Part shown: one piece after another, positions 38,258 through 51,193 of the stretch
How the letters are laid out: every line of letters starts with the position of its first letter
How positions within the stretch are numbered: position 1 is the stretch's first letter
Program-made: the position numbers and the translations under genes
Notes under the pieces: model-generated
What the model saw: the letters and a program-made list of their open reading frames with translations, nothing else
What the model was told of the DNA's origin: nothing
Database searches by the model: none
Assembly (NCBI GenBank): GCA_053919585.1
Contig: CM132787.1
From: Euprymna scolopes
Lineage: Eukaryota
Length of the DNA stretch: 64,000 bases
Direction: 5' to 3' (one strand)

Positions 38258-38405
38258 TTTCTTATCGTTGAGCACTTTCAGTTGAATTAAAGTCGGTCAA
38301 TTTGGCTCTTATGCATAGATCATCGTATAACGATTAGATCACTGTCTGGTTGACGTAAATGAACATTTAAAATTAAAATGTTTAAAATTCAACGTTATTT
38401 CACGC

Positions 38406-38552
38406 GGTTAATGGTAGCCGAATGGATTAGGTCTTCGCTAATTGAGCCAGAGATGTCTCGTGTTGCGGAGTTCAAATCGTTCGACTGGTATTAATTGTGA
38501 CACCCTGCACTGAAGATTCCCGAAAGGATGAAACACTAGTGTCTGTAGGTAT
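38406..38552 (+). mobile_element. tRNA-headed hammerhead element (family H)
   Basis: A-box tagccgaatgg (38415-38425), B-box gagttcaaatc (38468-38478), then HHR; 3' end hidden by N-run. Confidence 0.75.
38504..38549 (+). ncRNA. Type I hammerhead ribozyme motif (family H)
   Basis: cctgca CTGAAGA ttcc cgaaa ggat GAAA cactagtg TC tgtagg; palindromic stem III; GUC cleavage triplet. Confidence 0.85.
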
Positions 38553-39532
38553 NNNNNNNNNNNNNNNNNNNNNNNNNNNNNNNNNNNNNNNNNNNNNNNN
38601 NNNNNNNNNNNNNNNNNNNNNNNNNNNNNNNNNNNNNNNNNNNNNNNNNNNNNNNNNNNNNNNNNNNNNNNNNNNNNNNNNNNNNNNNNNNNNNNNNNNN
38701 NNNNNNNNNNNNNNNNNNNNNNNNNNNNNNNNNNNNNNNNNNNNNNNNNNNNNNNNNNNNNNNNCATTGGGTGAGAATATGTTAAGGCTAGCTATGGAAT
38801 AGTGGGTATATTAATTATGGCAAAAATATGCGGGCTTGCGAGTACAACACTGGCCACCACTTTAAACATAAAGAATTACATTACTTAATATCTGGAAACT
38901 ACTGATTTGCGAAAAATTTAAATGCGATAGTCGTTTTCAGCATACCCGAAGACCTCTAGAAGTCGTCATTTTAAAATAAAATATTAAGGAGGAAACCAAG
39001 TAAAAATTTACCAAAATTTCTTTTTTTTTTTTTTTTTTTTTTTGCTTAAAAAAAAGTAAGATTATATAATGTGTTGGCCATCCTAACCTTAAAATTTGCC
39101 TGACGTCACTTCCGCCAAATGGCTTTGTAAACAAATAAGTGGTCCTCTCAACGAAATACTTATCACTTTTTTTTTGTGATGTGTAATGTTTTGCATTTGT
39201 TTTAGTGTTTCAAATTGTAGCATGAAAAAATTAATTTAAAAAAAAAAAACTTTCTTCAAGAATAAAGGTTTGTTTTTTATTTAAAAACTTTCCTGACATT
39301 TCCTGAAGAATGTCGGATTGGATTCGAATTATTGTTTCTTTTAAATAAAAACTAATTGTTTGAAAACGAGTCCAACTTGCAATGAAAGTTAATAACATTA
39401 TGTAAAAATGGAAAACCATCTAAAAATCAAGTTTAAAAATGCAAGTTTTTAGTTGGTCCTCTGAAGCATTTTTGCCTAATATTATAAACTTTTTATTATA
39501 TTTTTTATATATTATTTTATATCATACAGTTT

Positions 39533-39598
<66 letters not shown>

Positions 39599-39762
39599 TT
39601 TGTTTTACGATACGTTTTGAATGAATTCAATTATTTACGAAAGTTCATTTTCACCTAAATGCGAGTTGGGAATAATTTTCCCTTTAACCAATTTGCTAAC
39701 CCCATATGGGGAGCGGCATATATATTGTTTTTAAAAATATAACAATTATATTTTAAACCAAT

Positions 39763-39849
<87 letters not shown>

Positions 39850-41402
39850 CTTCTTATCTAAAGATAGACTCAGAGAAATAGATTCGTGATCAGAATAAAA
39901 TTGAGAAAACGTAATGTGTTTTCCAATTTAATTATATTTTCATGGATTTCAATCTGGATTGATGTTTAGAGAAATATATTTACTACACTAATACCAAATA
40001 AGTCATAAAATATATCACTCTGGTTACATTATTTTTTTTTTAATTCTAATCTCACAACTAAACAGCATATTGTTTTTTCGGCAGGACCTGTCCCTTCCAT
40101 CTGATTCGTTCAACAAAATAAATAACGGTGATAAAAACCAAACTAAAACCGAGATAAAAACATTCCAGGAATGGATTTTTCATTTAAGATTGTTTTATGG
40201 TGACAGGTCATGCTGGTGGTTTATAGCCATCATCCCTTCAAGTTATTAAAGTAGGTTTTCAGCTGTTGCAAAGAAAATGGACACGGAAAATTATGTTNNN
40301 NNNNNNNNNNNNNNNNNNNNNNNNNNNNNNNNNNNNNNNNNNNNNNNNNNNNNNNNNNNNNNNNNNNNNNNNNNNNNNNNNNNNNNNNNNNNNNNNNNNN
40401 NNNNNNNNNNNNNNNNNNNNNNNNNNNNNNNNNNNNNNNNNNNNNNNNNNNNNNNNNNNNNNNNNNNNNNNNNNNNNNNNNNNTGATATGATTAAGTGTT
40501 AGTTTTAGTCATTTAGAACTTCTTTAAAACTTCATCGTTCATATATTTTTCGACCAAATTTCAAATAATTATTACAGTTTATAGATCACCTCCTCAGCTA
40601 TATTGTGAAAAAAAATTCAATTTTCGTTCAGTAAAACAAAAGTTATAAGAATTTACTGGTGTTCAAAATAGACGTTTCTATGTCTGGTTTCCGTAGAAAC
40701 CACGTCGCTCCAGCGCCTACTGTTGCTACCAATTCAGCGCTCTCGCGAAAAGAGAATTAACAAGTAAAACAGAGGGAATTAAAGAATTAAAGGAAGATGA
40801 TAAGGGGATTTTATTGAAAGCAGACGACTGCCGTACATTGTTATTACATATGTGTATGTTATATTTATGAGGGAAAAAACAAAACTGAAATTAAACAAAG
40901 AACAAGTGAATTAACAGGAATCCTGGAAAAATCATGGATACAATAGAAAAGTGCCGACATGAAAAGTTATATGGTTAAGTTTAAACATGGAGAAATAAAG
41001 GGTTAGTTGTTAAAACTGGAAAAGAAACGGACAAGATATTCTAGTAAAAAGTTTATAATTTAAAATATTGCTGCATTTAGATTTTTTTTAATTCGATTCA
41101 TAACATTATATAATAATCAATNNNNNNNNNNNNNNNNNNNNNNNNNNNNNNNNNNNNNNNNNNNNNNNNNNNNNNNNNNNNNNNNNNNNNNNNNNNNNNN
41201 NNNNNNNNNNNNNNNNNNNNNNNNNNNNNNNNNNNNNNNNNNNNNNNNNNNNNNNCGGGTATACATCCATCAATTGGTGGTTTTGGGTAAAGAGTATAAG
41301 CTGCAAAATAATTTGTGCTTTGTATTAAGTATCCTCTTAAAGAATTTAATTAATTCGCTTCCTTTAACTCCTCCAGTTATATATACACACGCACACACAC
41401 AA

Positions 41403-41440
<38 letters not shown>

Positions 41441-41678
41441 TTATATATATATATACTTTTTATTTTGAAAATTGATTCTTTTTAAATGAAATTTGAACAA
41501 ATAAACTCTAATGTACATCCATATGTGTGTGTTTGTGTGTATACTTATAAAAATAATTTGGTTTTATCGAGCTTTTATATCTGGCTGAGAGAACTTTATA
41601 AATATTAATTCTTTAATATTTATAATTTACTTTAGTTTTACGATCTTGGATCATTTTGGTAAATTTAATTGTAATTTT

Positions 41679-41750
<72 letters not shown>

Positions 41751-42511
41751 TATAATATTTAATGCAAGAAATTGTAAAAAAAACAAAAAAGCAAGTAAGC
41801 TGTGTCTATTAAAACTGAGCCTATTGCCTCTAATAATAGAGCAACCTAGGAATAAATAACGTGGAATTCTCATGTGCTCCTAATTATTTCGTCATATCAG
41901 TCTATTATTTATGAGCGCTTAAAAAAGGGAAATATATGATAACGTTCCACGCAAAAGGTGCTCATTGAATAGAAATTGCTTTTACGAACTTGGCCAGAGT
42001 GAAAATATTAAATTGAAATAACGACCGAAACGTGCGTGTTAAGCAGATTGTTTACAGCCTCTGCCTTTACTTGCATATGAAATAGAAGCATAATAATTGC
42101 TAACAAAACGAGTTCTTCCACTCCAACATCCCAACCTCTAGAGTAATATATTATTTCAGTATTGTTATNNNNNNNNNNNNNNNNNNNNNNNNNNNNNNNN
42201 NNNNNNNNNNNNNNNNNNNNNNNNNNNNNNNNNNNNNNNNNNNNNNNNNNNNNNNNNNNNNNNNNNNNNNNNNNNNNNNNNNNNNNNNNNNNNNNNNNNG
42301 TTCTCTCTCTTTTTCTCACTCTTAATCACTCACTCTCTCTTTTTCTTTCTCTCGCTCACTCTCTCTTTCTCTCTCTCGCTCACTCTCTCTCTCTCTTTCT
42401 TTTTCTCTCTCTTGCTCACTCACTCTCTCTCTCCCTCCCTCACTCAATCACTCACTCAGTCTTTCTCTTTCTCACTCACTCACTCTCTGTCTTTCCATCA
42501 CTTACTTACTT

Positions 42512-42556
<45 letters not shown>

Positions 42557-44559
42557 ATTCACACACACACACACACACAGTCTAGACTTCTTGCCTGTTA
42601 AGAAAGGGCAAAAGTTAAAGCTGGTTGACATAAAACCAGTGCTTTATGTGAAATTGATTGCTATATATGGTTAAATTTGTGCTTATTTTTGCAATAAATA
42701 TTAATTCCCGTTTATACCTATTATCCCTTAACCATGCACTAAACAGATACCATAATACCTAGTTCGCTGCATCTTATAAGAAAGGTCCATACAAATTTGC
42801 TCAGTTGTTTCCGAGAAAACTTCTAGAGTAAACGTAGCACTGTGGTGAATAATCCCCTATTAATTCTTATTATATTGCAAACTGTGCATTGAAGCACCCT
42901 TATTACTTTGAAAGTCATGAAGGCTGGCGACAGAGATTTGGAAGAAGTGGATAGCAGAAAAGATGCAGATGTTCTAACACGCAACTACACAACGAAATTC
43001 GTTTAGAAGCTGCCAAACAAATGTGTGGTTAGATCCAGTCAAAGCAATGCAAACCTGCATGAGATGTGCACATTGTGTTACTAAGTATAAAGGGTTTGTA
43101 GTTCTCTTCCACAGCAAGAACTTAGACACCAAGGTAGGAAAATAGGGATTAAGAAGTCAGCGCCCCAGTAGAGGGGAACTCTGGCCTGCAAAAAGTGCCA
43201 GGGCTGCTTTGTCGACATTCTTTGGTAAGAGTGTCTCGGGCGATTAGCAATAAACTAACCCCTTCTCAAAGAGAGAAGAACAAATGAAGAAAACGCTGAA
43301 TAAAGATCTTTGTTATTCCTTATACAAAAGTTGCAAGGGTCAACTATTTACACACAGGCCCCAAGACAACAGGAACCGGAGGTATGGAAGTAGTAGCTAG
43401 CAATGTGGTTATATAGAAAACGTTTTATGTAGTATGATGACATTCCTCGAAGAGTTAAAAAAAAAGGTACAGCAATATTCATTCAAAGCAGTGCGAATCT
43501 TGGCGAGATAGATGAGCATCGAAGTTTCGACTATGAAGAAAGGAATGGACGAAGATATTTTCTAATCCTTTTGAAAGAATCTATAGATTTTTCCCTCAGC
43601 CTCCAAAATCAACAGAGATAAGAGCATTCCTGTAATGACCTGGTCCGTGTTGATTTAAGTGTAATGCTGATTGTGTGCAGGTCTAGGAGGTCCACCCTCT
43701 CAGGCTTTGCCTTCTTTCTTTAAGAAAGGGTTAGTTTATTGCTAACTGCCTGAATCGTCCTTAACGGAGAATGCCGGCGGGCTGTCCAGCCACTTTTTGT
43801 AAATAAAAGTCCCCATTCGTGTCACAGTTCTTGCAGTGCGAGAGAACTAAAGACTGCTTCACGAAAGAGTCGCAAAAGCCAATTACTCATTGTCAAATTT
43901 ATAAAGAACTACTTTACGAAAGCAACGAGATTCCTCAATAAAGTAAAAGACCATGTCGGACCAGAGATTCTCTGGTTCTTCTCGGGACCAGTTTCTCAAT
44001 GCACAGAAGAACAGGTAACTACCCTACAGTCCACACAATATCCCGGGCATTATGAAGAAGTTTTTTCAAACTAAGATATTCTTTGAGTGTACTTGCCGCC
44101 TTACATTTTCGAATCGGATGCAGGAAGCTATACATATAGTAACAGGACTCTAAAAACTACATCGAAAACTTGTTTAAAACTAACTAGCAAAACTGTCGAG
44201 CTAACACGAGTGTCCTGGAAGAGTCTGCTTGCTCTAGTATGGCGGATTTAATTGTTAAAAAATCGGTTGAGATGTGCTGATAACGTTGTAAAATGAACAA
44301 GTAGTTCGATCCTAAGAAAATATTTTATTCTGAACTAAATATGGGACCTAGGAGGGCTAGAAGATAGAAAGAGCGGTATAAAAATTGTTTGAAGGATATG
44401 AAGAGGTGTGGAATTAATCGCATAACATGGAAGGCGATCGCTCTCGGGGGAGCAAAGTGGAGGGATAGCATCAGGGTTGGTGTGGAAAGGTTCTAATGTG
44501 AGCGGTATCATCACGCTAAAGAGCTGAGAGTAGCAAGAATAGTGTGCCGTGAAAATCAA

Positions 44560-45160
44560 GCACACGCACAATGGCCAAAGGGTAACGTATGCCTGAATTG
44601 TGATAGTATTAGGACGCCTTCACATATAGGATCCAACGAATGAAGCCTCTAATAACCCATACTCTCGATTTCAGTGATGGGCAGAAATGAATAAATGAAC
44701 TTGCTGCAAGAAGGCCACGGACGAGTCTTTTCGCTTCCCTACTTCCTATTTCTCATAGAAGAGATGTCGCGAGTCTATCTCTACTTTGTCATCATTTTCA
44801 TGACAAGTGCCCGATTGAGTTTCACTCTATAGTCCCCTTCTGCAAATCATTCGCAACAAATACTAGCTGCAACAATTGTCGATAATTTCCCTTACTTTAC
44901 ATCTGTGCCTAAAACTAAATAACAAGTCCATGAGCGAAATTTCTTTGCTAGAAGTGTTTGTCAGTGGAACACAATACCACGGGGCTGCTTCGCAGCTGAC
45001 AATAACATAGTCGTTTTCAAATCTAATCTAAATAATTCTTGTTGAGCCGCCCTCTTAAATAATCAAACCCTACTCAAATACCATATTCAAATCGAAACTC
45101 ATTAACTCTTATCCTCACGTGGCTCTTGGGTCTTGATAAGCAAGTAACCGTAGTAAAATA
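44560..45160 (+). mobile_element. CR1-like LINE 3' remnant
   Basis: Decayed ISHRRDVASLSLL...FHDKC; 3' UTR ttatcct..gtggc.cttggg.cttgataag shared with about 20935, 52190 and 53510. Confidence 0.65.
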
Positions 45161-45658
45161 AAATACAGCAACAAGATTCAGTTTAACGTCACAGCTCGAG
45201 GAAAACATGAAAATGGCTGCCTAAAAACTTCCAGGACTTCAACAGTCCTAACATTTAAGCCCGTTTGCAGCCACATTGACTAATATGTAAGAGGTGTCAC
45301 AGTTGAGAAAGACATTTATTAAGCGTACCATCTGCAAATATGAACTAATACCAGAATCAAACTTGAGGCAGCGTACTCCAGTTTCAAGTTCCCCATAGAG
45401 GCCGTCGTAGAGGCTTAGGGCAGATTCTTCCAGAGAACACTATTCGACAAAAGATTCTCTCAGAAATTAATTTTGAATTATGACAATGTATCAGTTATTG
45501 ATCAAGATGCACAGTAGTTTTGTTGCCTAACAAATAACAGTCTGTACATCTATTATTAATAGTAATTTTATGCAAATACTATTAGTACTACAAAGTTTAT
45601 TTCAGTTTAGAAATTCAAATACGAGTAGTAATCGATTACGTTATATGTAATAGGATAA

Positions 45659-45700
45659 CTACATACACGTGTTTCGCTATACCACGGCTCATCAGCGTAG
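45659..45700 (-). ncRNA. Type I hammerhead ribozyme motif (family I)
   Basis: ctacg CTGATGA gccgt ggt atagc GAAA cacgtg TA tgtag. Confidence 0.85.
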
Positions 45701-45771
45701 CTGTTCTTGGATTCAAATCTCCAACAATAGTGTTTATGGTCGAGTGCGGATACCGTTACGCCGCGAATCCC
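45659..45771 (-). mobile_element. tRNA-headed hammerhead element (family I)
   Basis: Minus strand: head gggattcgcggcgtaacggta...gatttgaatcc followed within about 10 nt by an HHR. Confidence 0.7.
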
Positions 45772-46659
45772 TAGTAAAAATTACGTGCTATTTCTTTTTA
45801 AGTTATGTTGATTTTTGTTGATTTTTTTTAACAATGTTTCAATTTCAGTAGACAGGTGATCGGAGAAACCTATTACCTTCCTTAGATTCGAATGATCGCC
45901 CATAGTTTGGACGTAGACAAAGAAATATATTTCTTTTATTCATAATTATGTTAACAATATAGATATTATTAATATTACATTTTATCTGGATTTATCAAAA
46001 AATATAATTACGGTCGAACTCCGGGATATGGTGGCCCTAGGATACGGTTTTTTTTCAGATTACGATGTGGAATACGATGTTTTTTTCGACCCCATGGTTA
46101 CCGTATTTTTTCCCGCCTTACGGTGTTATTCATAATGTTATTTGATTATAAACATGTGTATTATATGATGCACTGTATGTTGTTACTAATTTTTAATGCC
46201 ATATTCCGGGCTTATACTGTACTAATATATTTTATTGCATTTTATATACAGAAATACTATTAATATTAATGGATTTTTTTAACAATGAAATTACGCTCAA
46301 GACTCCCCTAACTCCTCACTCTGATTACGTATAATTCCAAATTAGCTCGTTACGTCATTAACTCCACATGACCAAAGACATAAATCGAATGATCTCCTTT
46401 CGTCACATATTTTGTTTATGTTCTTGCATTCCTTTCTAGCAGACTTTATCAACAACTATATTACTGATACGGCTTTTTATTGATTTTCATAAATCTAAAC
46501 ATTCTAACACGAAATATGAAAGAAAACGGCACAGAATTACCCATATGTTAGTTATATCCCGTTGACCTCCAGTGAGTGCTTTTTATGTCAAATTGATGGT
46601 TGAATATTGTTAAATTTGTGTCAATTTTTGCATTAAAAATTACCCCCTTTTCATTTCTG

Positions 46660-47090
46660 ATCGTCCCTAACTGTGCTTCCAACGGATACCATAATACTTA
46701 GTTCGCTGCACCTTATAGCAAAGGTCGATAGAAAAGTTCAGCGAGATTGGGCGAGTAGTTTCCGAGAAAAATTATCCAGTAAATGTGGTATTGTGGCGAA
46801 TAATCCCTATTGACCCCTTATTGTGCATCAACCTGATACCATAATACTTAGTTCGCTGCACATTATCATGACAAAGGTTCTTACAAAAAATGTCAGCTAG
46901 ATTGGCCCAATAGTTTCCAAGATAATTTCTTGAGTAAATATGGTTTGTAGTGAGCAATTCTTCTTTGTCCCTAATCATCCCTAACCGTGTATCGAACGAA
47001 TACCATAATACGTAGTTTGCTGCACTTCATGATAAGAGCGATTCGTACAAAATTTCAACCAGATAGACCCAGTAGTTTCCGAGACAAAGA
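46660..47090. repeat. Diverged tandem repeat, about 150-165 bp unit, 3 copies (single related unit near 42720-42880)
   Basis: Recurring ataccataatac.tagtt.gctgca...tagtttcc.aga. Confidence 0.7.
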
Positions 47091-47345
47091 GTAATGAACA
47101 GACAGACAAACAGACTAAAAGAAACAACTTTTTTTTTTTTTACATAAACATTTAGGTATCGCTACACATTCATGAGTATGCTTCCTTAATTAAGCACTAC
47201 ACTTTTGTAAAAGAAGCAGCATCTGATGATGTCTCTTAGTAGTTATAACTAGTTGACTGAAGTATAGTCATGAATGTGTACTGATGCCTACCTCTGAATT
47301 ATATTAACCTGGAATGACACACCACACACACACACACACACACAC

Positions 47346-47398
<53 letters not shown>

Positions 47399-47401
<3 letters not shown>

Positions 47402-47848
47402 AATAAATGACAAAAGACTATATTCTAAAGTTTATGATGTTGACCATCTTATAATTTATTCCTCTAATTCCGTTGACATTTACAATTCTTGAGAGTATTT
47501 GTCTTGTAGCGCAAAATCAATCACTTAATTTTGAATTTTCTAAAATTCAAAATGGCGTAATGGAAACATATTATAAGGTATTTACAGGTTCTCTTCCAAT
47601 TTTCGGATTTTAATCATGTCAAAACGCACTTTATTTCCTTTTGACGAATTTATTGTTGCTATTTCTTCTGATGAGTTAAGGGCAAAATAGATTCACTGAT
47701 TGATATAATAATTAAGTGATTGATTTTGCGCTACGAAACAGATACTATCAAGAATTGTAAATGGCAACTGAATTAAAGGAATAAATTATAAGATGATCAA
47801 CATCATAGACTTTGGAATATAGTTTTGTTTTTTTTTAATTTATTTACT
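47399..47848. mobile_element. MITE with about 130-bp imperfect TIRs
   Basis: gaataaatgacaaaagactatattc...gcgcaaaatcaatcacttaatt / aattaagtgattgattttgcgc...gaatatagttttg; abuts (TA)n on the left. Confidence 0.75.
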
Positions 47849-47940
47849 ATTTGCTCCGTAATTACTTTGATTTTCTTAAATATGGATTGATATATATTAC
47901 AAGGAAATAAAATATGTTTCCACAGAAATATATATATATA

Positions 47941-47983
47941 TACGCTGATGAGAGGTAATGACCTTGAAACACGCGTGTACGTA
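47941..47983 (+). ncRNA. Type I hammerhead ribozyme motif (family I-like)
   Basis: tacg CTGATGA gaggt aatg acctt GAAA cacgcgtg TA cgta; palindromic stem III; between TA tracts. Confidence 0.88.
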
Positions 47984-48531
47984 GATTACTGTTTTAAAAA
48001 TAATAAATAAATAAAAAAAAAAATATATATATATATAAGGATCAGTAAATATATTTGTAAACCTACTGACAAGAAACTGTTTAATATACTAAAGTAAATA
48101 AATAACATAGTTTATCTTTTGATCCATAATTTTAGGGGGATGGGGGGTAAATCTCTCCCTCATACAAAAAGTAAGTTTAGGAAATTACTGCTATGTAAGA
48201 TGGCCACGGTGTTTTTTGTAGTCAACATATCACGTAGCCAACTGTTGGCCTGAAGAGTAGAAGGAAAGTTTAGCTTACATTTTTTTTAGTTAATGTATGA
48301 ATTAGGTTTGATTGACACTTCCTTATTAAATAAGAGGAAATTCTCATAGTGTTGCCATCAGGAATTTGAAAATAAATTGGCCAAGATGTGTTGTTAGAAT
48401 AAGTAGTATACATAGATTAAAAGAAATTAAATAGCTAAACAACATATATTTCCGATCTGGTTGCATTTTATAAACACAAAAGATATTAATCCTACATTTT
48501 ACAACATTTCAGTAATATAGATGATATTGGT

Positions 48532-49172
48532 GAATGAAAATAATGTTAATACTATTTGTACTACATTGTCCCAATACAAATTTTTTGTGTAATTTTATGA
48601 ATGAAAATAATGTTAATACTATTTGTAATGCATTGTCCAAATACTATTAACCTTATTTTTTGTGTAATTTTATGAATGAAAATTGTGTTTACACTATTTG
48701 TAATACATTGTCTCAAAACAAGTACTATTAACTTTATTTTAGGTGTAATTTATAAATGAAAATAGTGTTAGTACTATTTGTAATGCAATGTCTCAAGACA
48801 AGTACTATTATCCTTATTTTGGGTGTAATTTGTGAATGAAAATAGTGTTAATACTATTTGTAATGCATTGTCTCAAAACAAGTACTATTAACCTTATTTT
48901 TGGTGTAATTTATGAATGAAAATAGTGTTAATACTATTTGTAATGCATTGTCTCAAAACAAGTACTATTATCTTTATTTTTTGGTGTAATTTTATGAATG
49001 AAAATAATATTAATAATATTTGCAATGCATTGTCTCAATACAAGTACCATTAACATAATTTTGGGTGTAATTTTATAAATGAAAATAATATTAATAATAT
49101 TTGTAATGCATTGTCTCAAAACAAATACTTCGAACATTATTTTTGGTGCCATTTGTGAATGAAAATACTATT
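48532..49172. repeat. AT-rich minisatellite, about 80-bp unit, about 8 copies
   Basis: gaatgaaaatagtgttaatactatttgtaatgcattgtctcaaaacaagtactatta... recurs, e.g. at 48834 and 48914. Confidence 0.9.
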
Positions 49173-51083
49173 TACTAAATTTTAACACTACAAAATGATA
49201 TTAATAATATTTTTTAATGTTATCATTTAAAATACTGCTAAAACTTTTATTTAATTTTATAAATACAACTGCTGTTAATACTACAGGTAAAAAAATTACA
49301 AGAGAACATTTTAGGTTACACCGGTGTAACCTTGACCGGTGTAACGTAAAATATTCCCGACTAAAAATTCTTCTTTTTATCTATAAGAGAAGAAAGACTA
49401 TTTTTAAGATCGTCAAGCTCAAATATACACTGACGTGATATTGTAAACAAACACAGACAGAATTTAATGACCCACATTATTATTATTNNNNNNNNNNNNN
49501 NNNNNNNNNNNNNNNNNNNNNNNNNNNNNNNNNNNNNNNNNNNNNNNNNNNNNNNNNNNNNNNNNNNNNNNNNNNNNNNNNNNNNNNNNNNNNNNNNNNN
49601 NNNNNNNNNNNNNNNNNNNNNNNNNNNNNNNNTTCCTCGTAATATGTAATATTCANNNNNNNNNNNNNNNNNNNNNNNNNNNNNNNNNNNNNNNNNNNNN
49701 NNNNNNNNNNNNNNNNNNNNNNNNNNNNNNNNNNNNNNNNNNNNNNNNNNNNNNNNNNNNNNNNNNNNNNNNNNNNNNNNNNNNNNNNNNNNNNNNAAAT
49801 ATCATGTTTAAGCATATTGTACGACCGGGCAACGACGGGCATCAAGCAAATAAAATCTAAAAATTGTAATCTGATATACCGAGAATTACGATGGAAGTGC
49901 TCCTGAATCTCGAAGTGCATCTTACGGAAGTTATCAGGGCGTAGTCCCTCTTAAAATTTCAAATATGCCTCATTTTTATGAAATGTTAATCCTATGTATG
50001 AAAAATTCTGGGGAAAACAATGGAAATGTTCTCGAATCTCTTAGTGCATCCTAAGGGGATATCAGGAGTATAGCTCCCTTAATTCCTCAAATATCCGAGT
50101 TTCATGAAGTTTAAATCATGTGTATTAAACTGTTTTGGGTAAGACAATTAAAATCGTCTCTAATCTCTAAGAACCCCCCCCCTCCCCCGAACCTAATGGA
50201 TCTATGGGGATTAAAAATCCTGTAACACTTCTAATATATCTTATTTTTATGAGATCAATATGATGTGTATCAAATTATCCGAGGAAGAAAATGGAAGTTT
50301 TGCCAAATCTCTACTTTATCCTATTATGTGCTGAATACCAACGTCTATTTGAACAGAATCGAGGCCACCGAAAAACAAGTCCTGTTAACTGAGAAATGAT
50401 GACGCGTTGTCGTAGCGGTAAGTAGGCAGTAGGAAATCGCGTTTCTGTTTGCACGTGGTTTCTTTTCTGAAAGAGACAGAACAATTCTCCATTTGGATAC
50501 GTGCATGTAGGTAGGCTAATTCTAATACAACAAAATATAGCAAAGTAAGTGATGTTATTTTTATTAATTAAAAGTGCATTTAATTAAAACCGTATTCAAG
50601 TAATTTCATAATCTTTGATAACATTGTCACTAAAGAAACTTTTTTATGGCTATGTTAGTCTCAATCGTATGTTATAATTTCATTTTTTTTCTGTTTGTTT
50701 GTTTTTTTAATATATTTAAATCCGTTAATTTTTTTTTTTTTTTTGCTGATATGTTATAACACTTTAGCTATAATAAGTTACGTGACTAAAATAGGAATCC
50801 GATGAAGAAATGCTCCATTCTCCCCTCGAGACATCTTTTCACGAACACAAATAGGTAATAAAACTTCAACATTCATTACCTAATCAGGTTTTATTAAAGT
50901 TTCGGTATGATCTAAAAAAATAAAGAGTAAACGTTTATTAACAGAATAAGAAAAGGATATCATAAAAAAAAAACAATTTTTAACAAGATTCAACAAAACA
51001 CAAACGGAATTACAATAAGTAGATAAAAAAAAAATATTACCAAATACAAGATAAGTTAGTCTTCTTCCATCATAGATATATTT

Positions 51084-51193
51084 TATAGTGGGGCAGACAG
51101 CTGAAACACTCTTTCACTCGGTGCTTGTATCACTAAGTGAAAGATTCTTATGGAATATTGAGATAACCTGCCCCACTATAGTGTGTTTTAACT
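51084..51193. repeat. About 110-bp self-complementary repeat, copy 1 (copy 2 at 51562-51671)
   Basis: Terminal stem tatagtggggcag/ctgccccactata enclosing hairpin tctttcact.ggtg/cactaagtgaaaga. Confidence 0.8.

Noticed and set aside
39087-39135. CRE/ETS-like promoter motif tgacgtcacttccgcc
   Set aside because: No associated gene start; such motifs are common inside DNA-transposon derivatives.
47220-47272. Possible decayed hammerhead (cat CTGATGA..gac tgaagtatagtc atg)
   Set aside because: GAAA and stem III are disrupted; too degenerate to list as a feature.
47668-47692. ctgatgag motif in MITE (also near 3339)
   Set aside because: No GAAA/UH arrangement or supporting stems.
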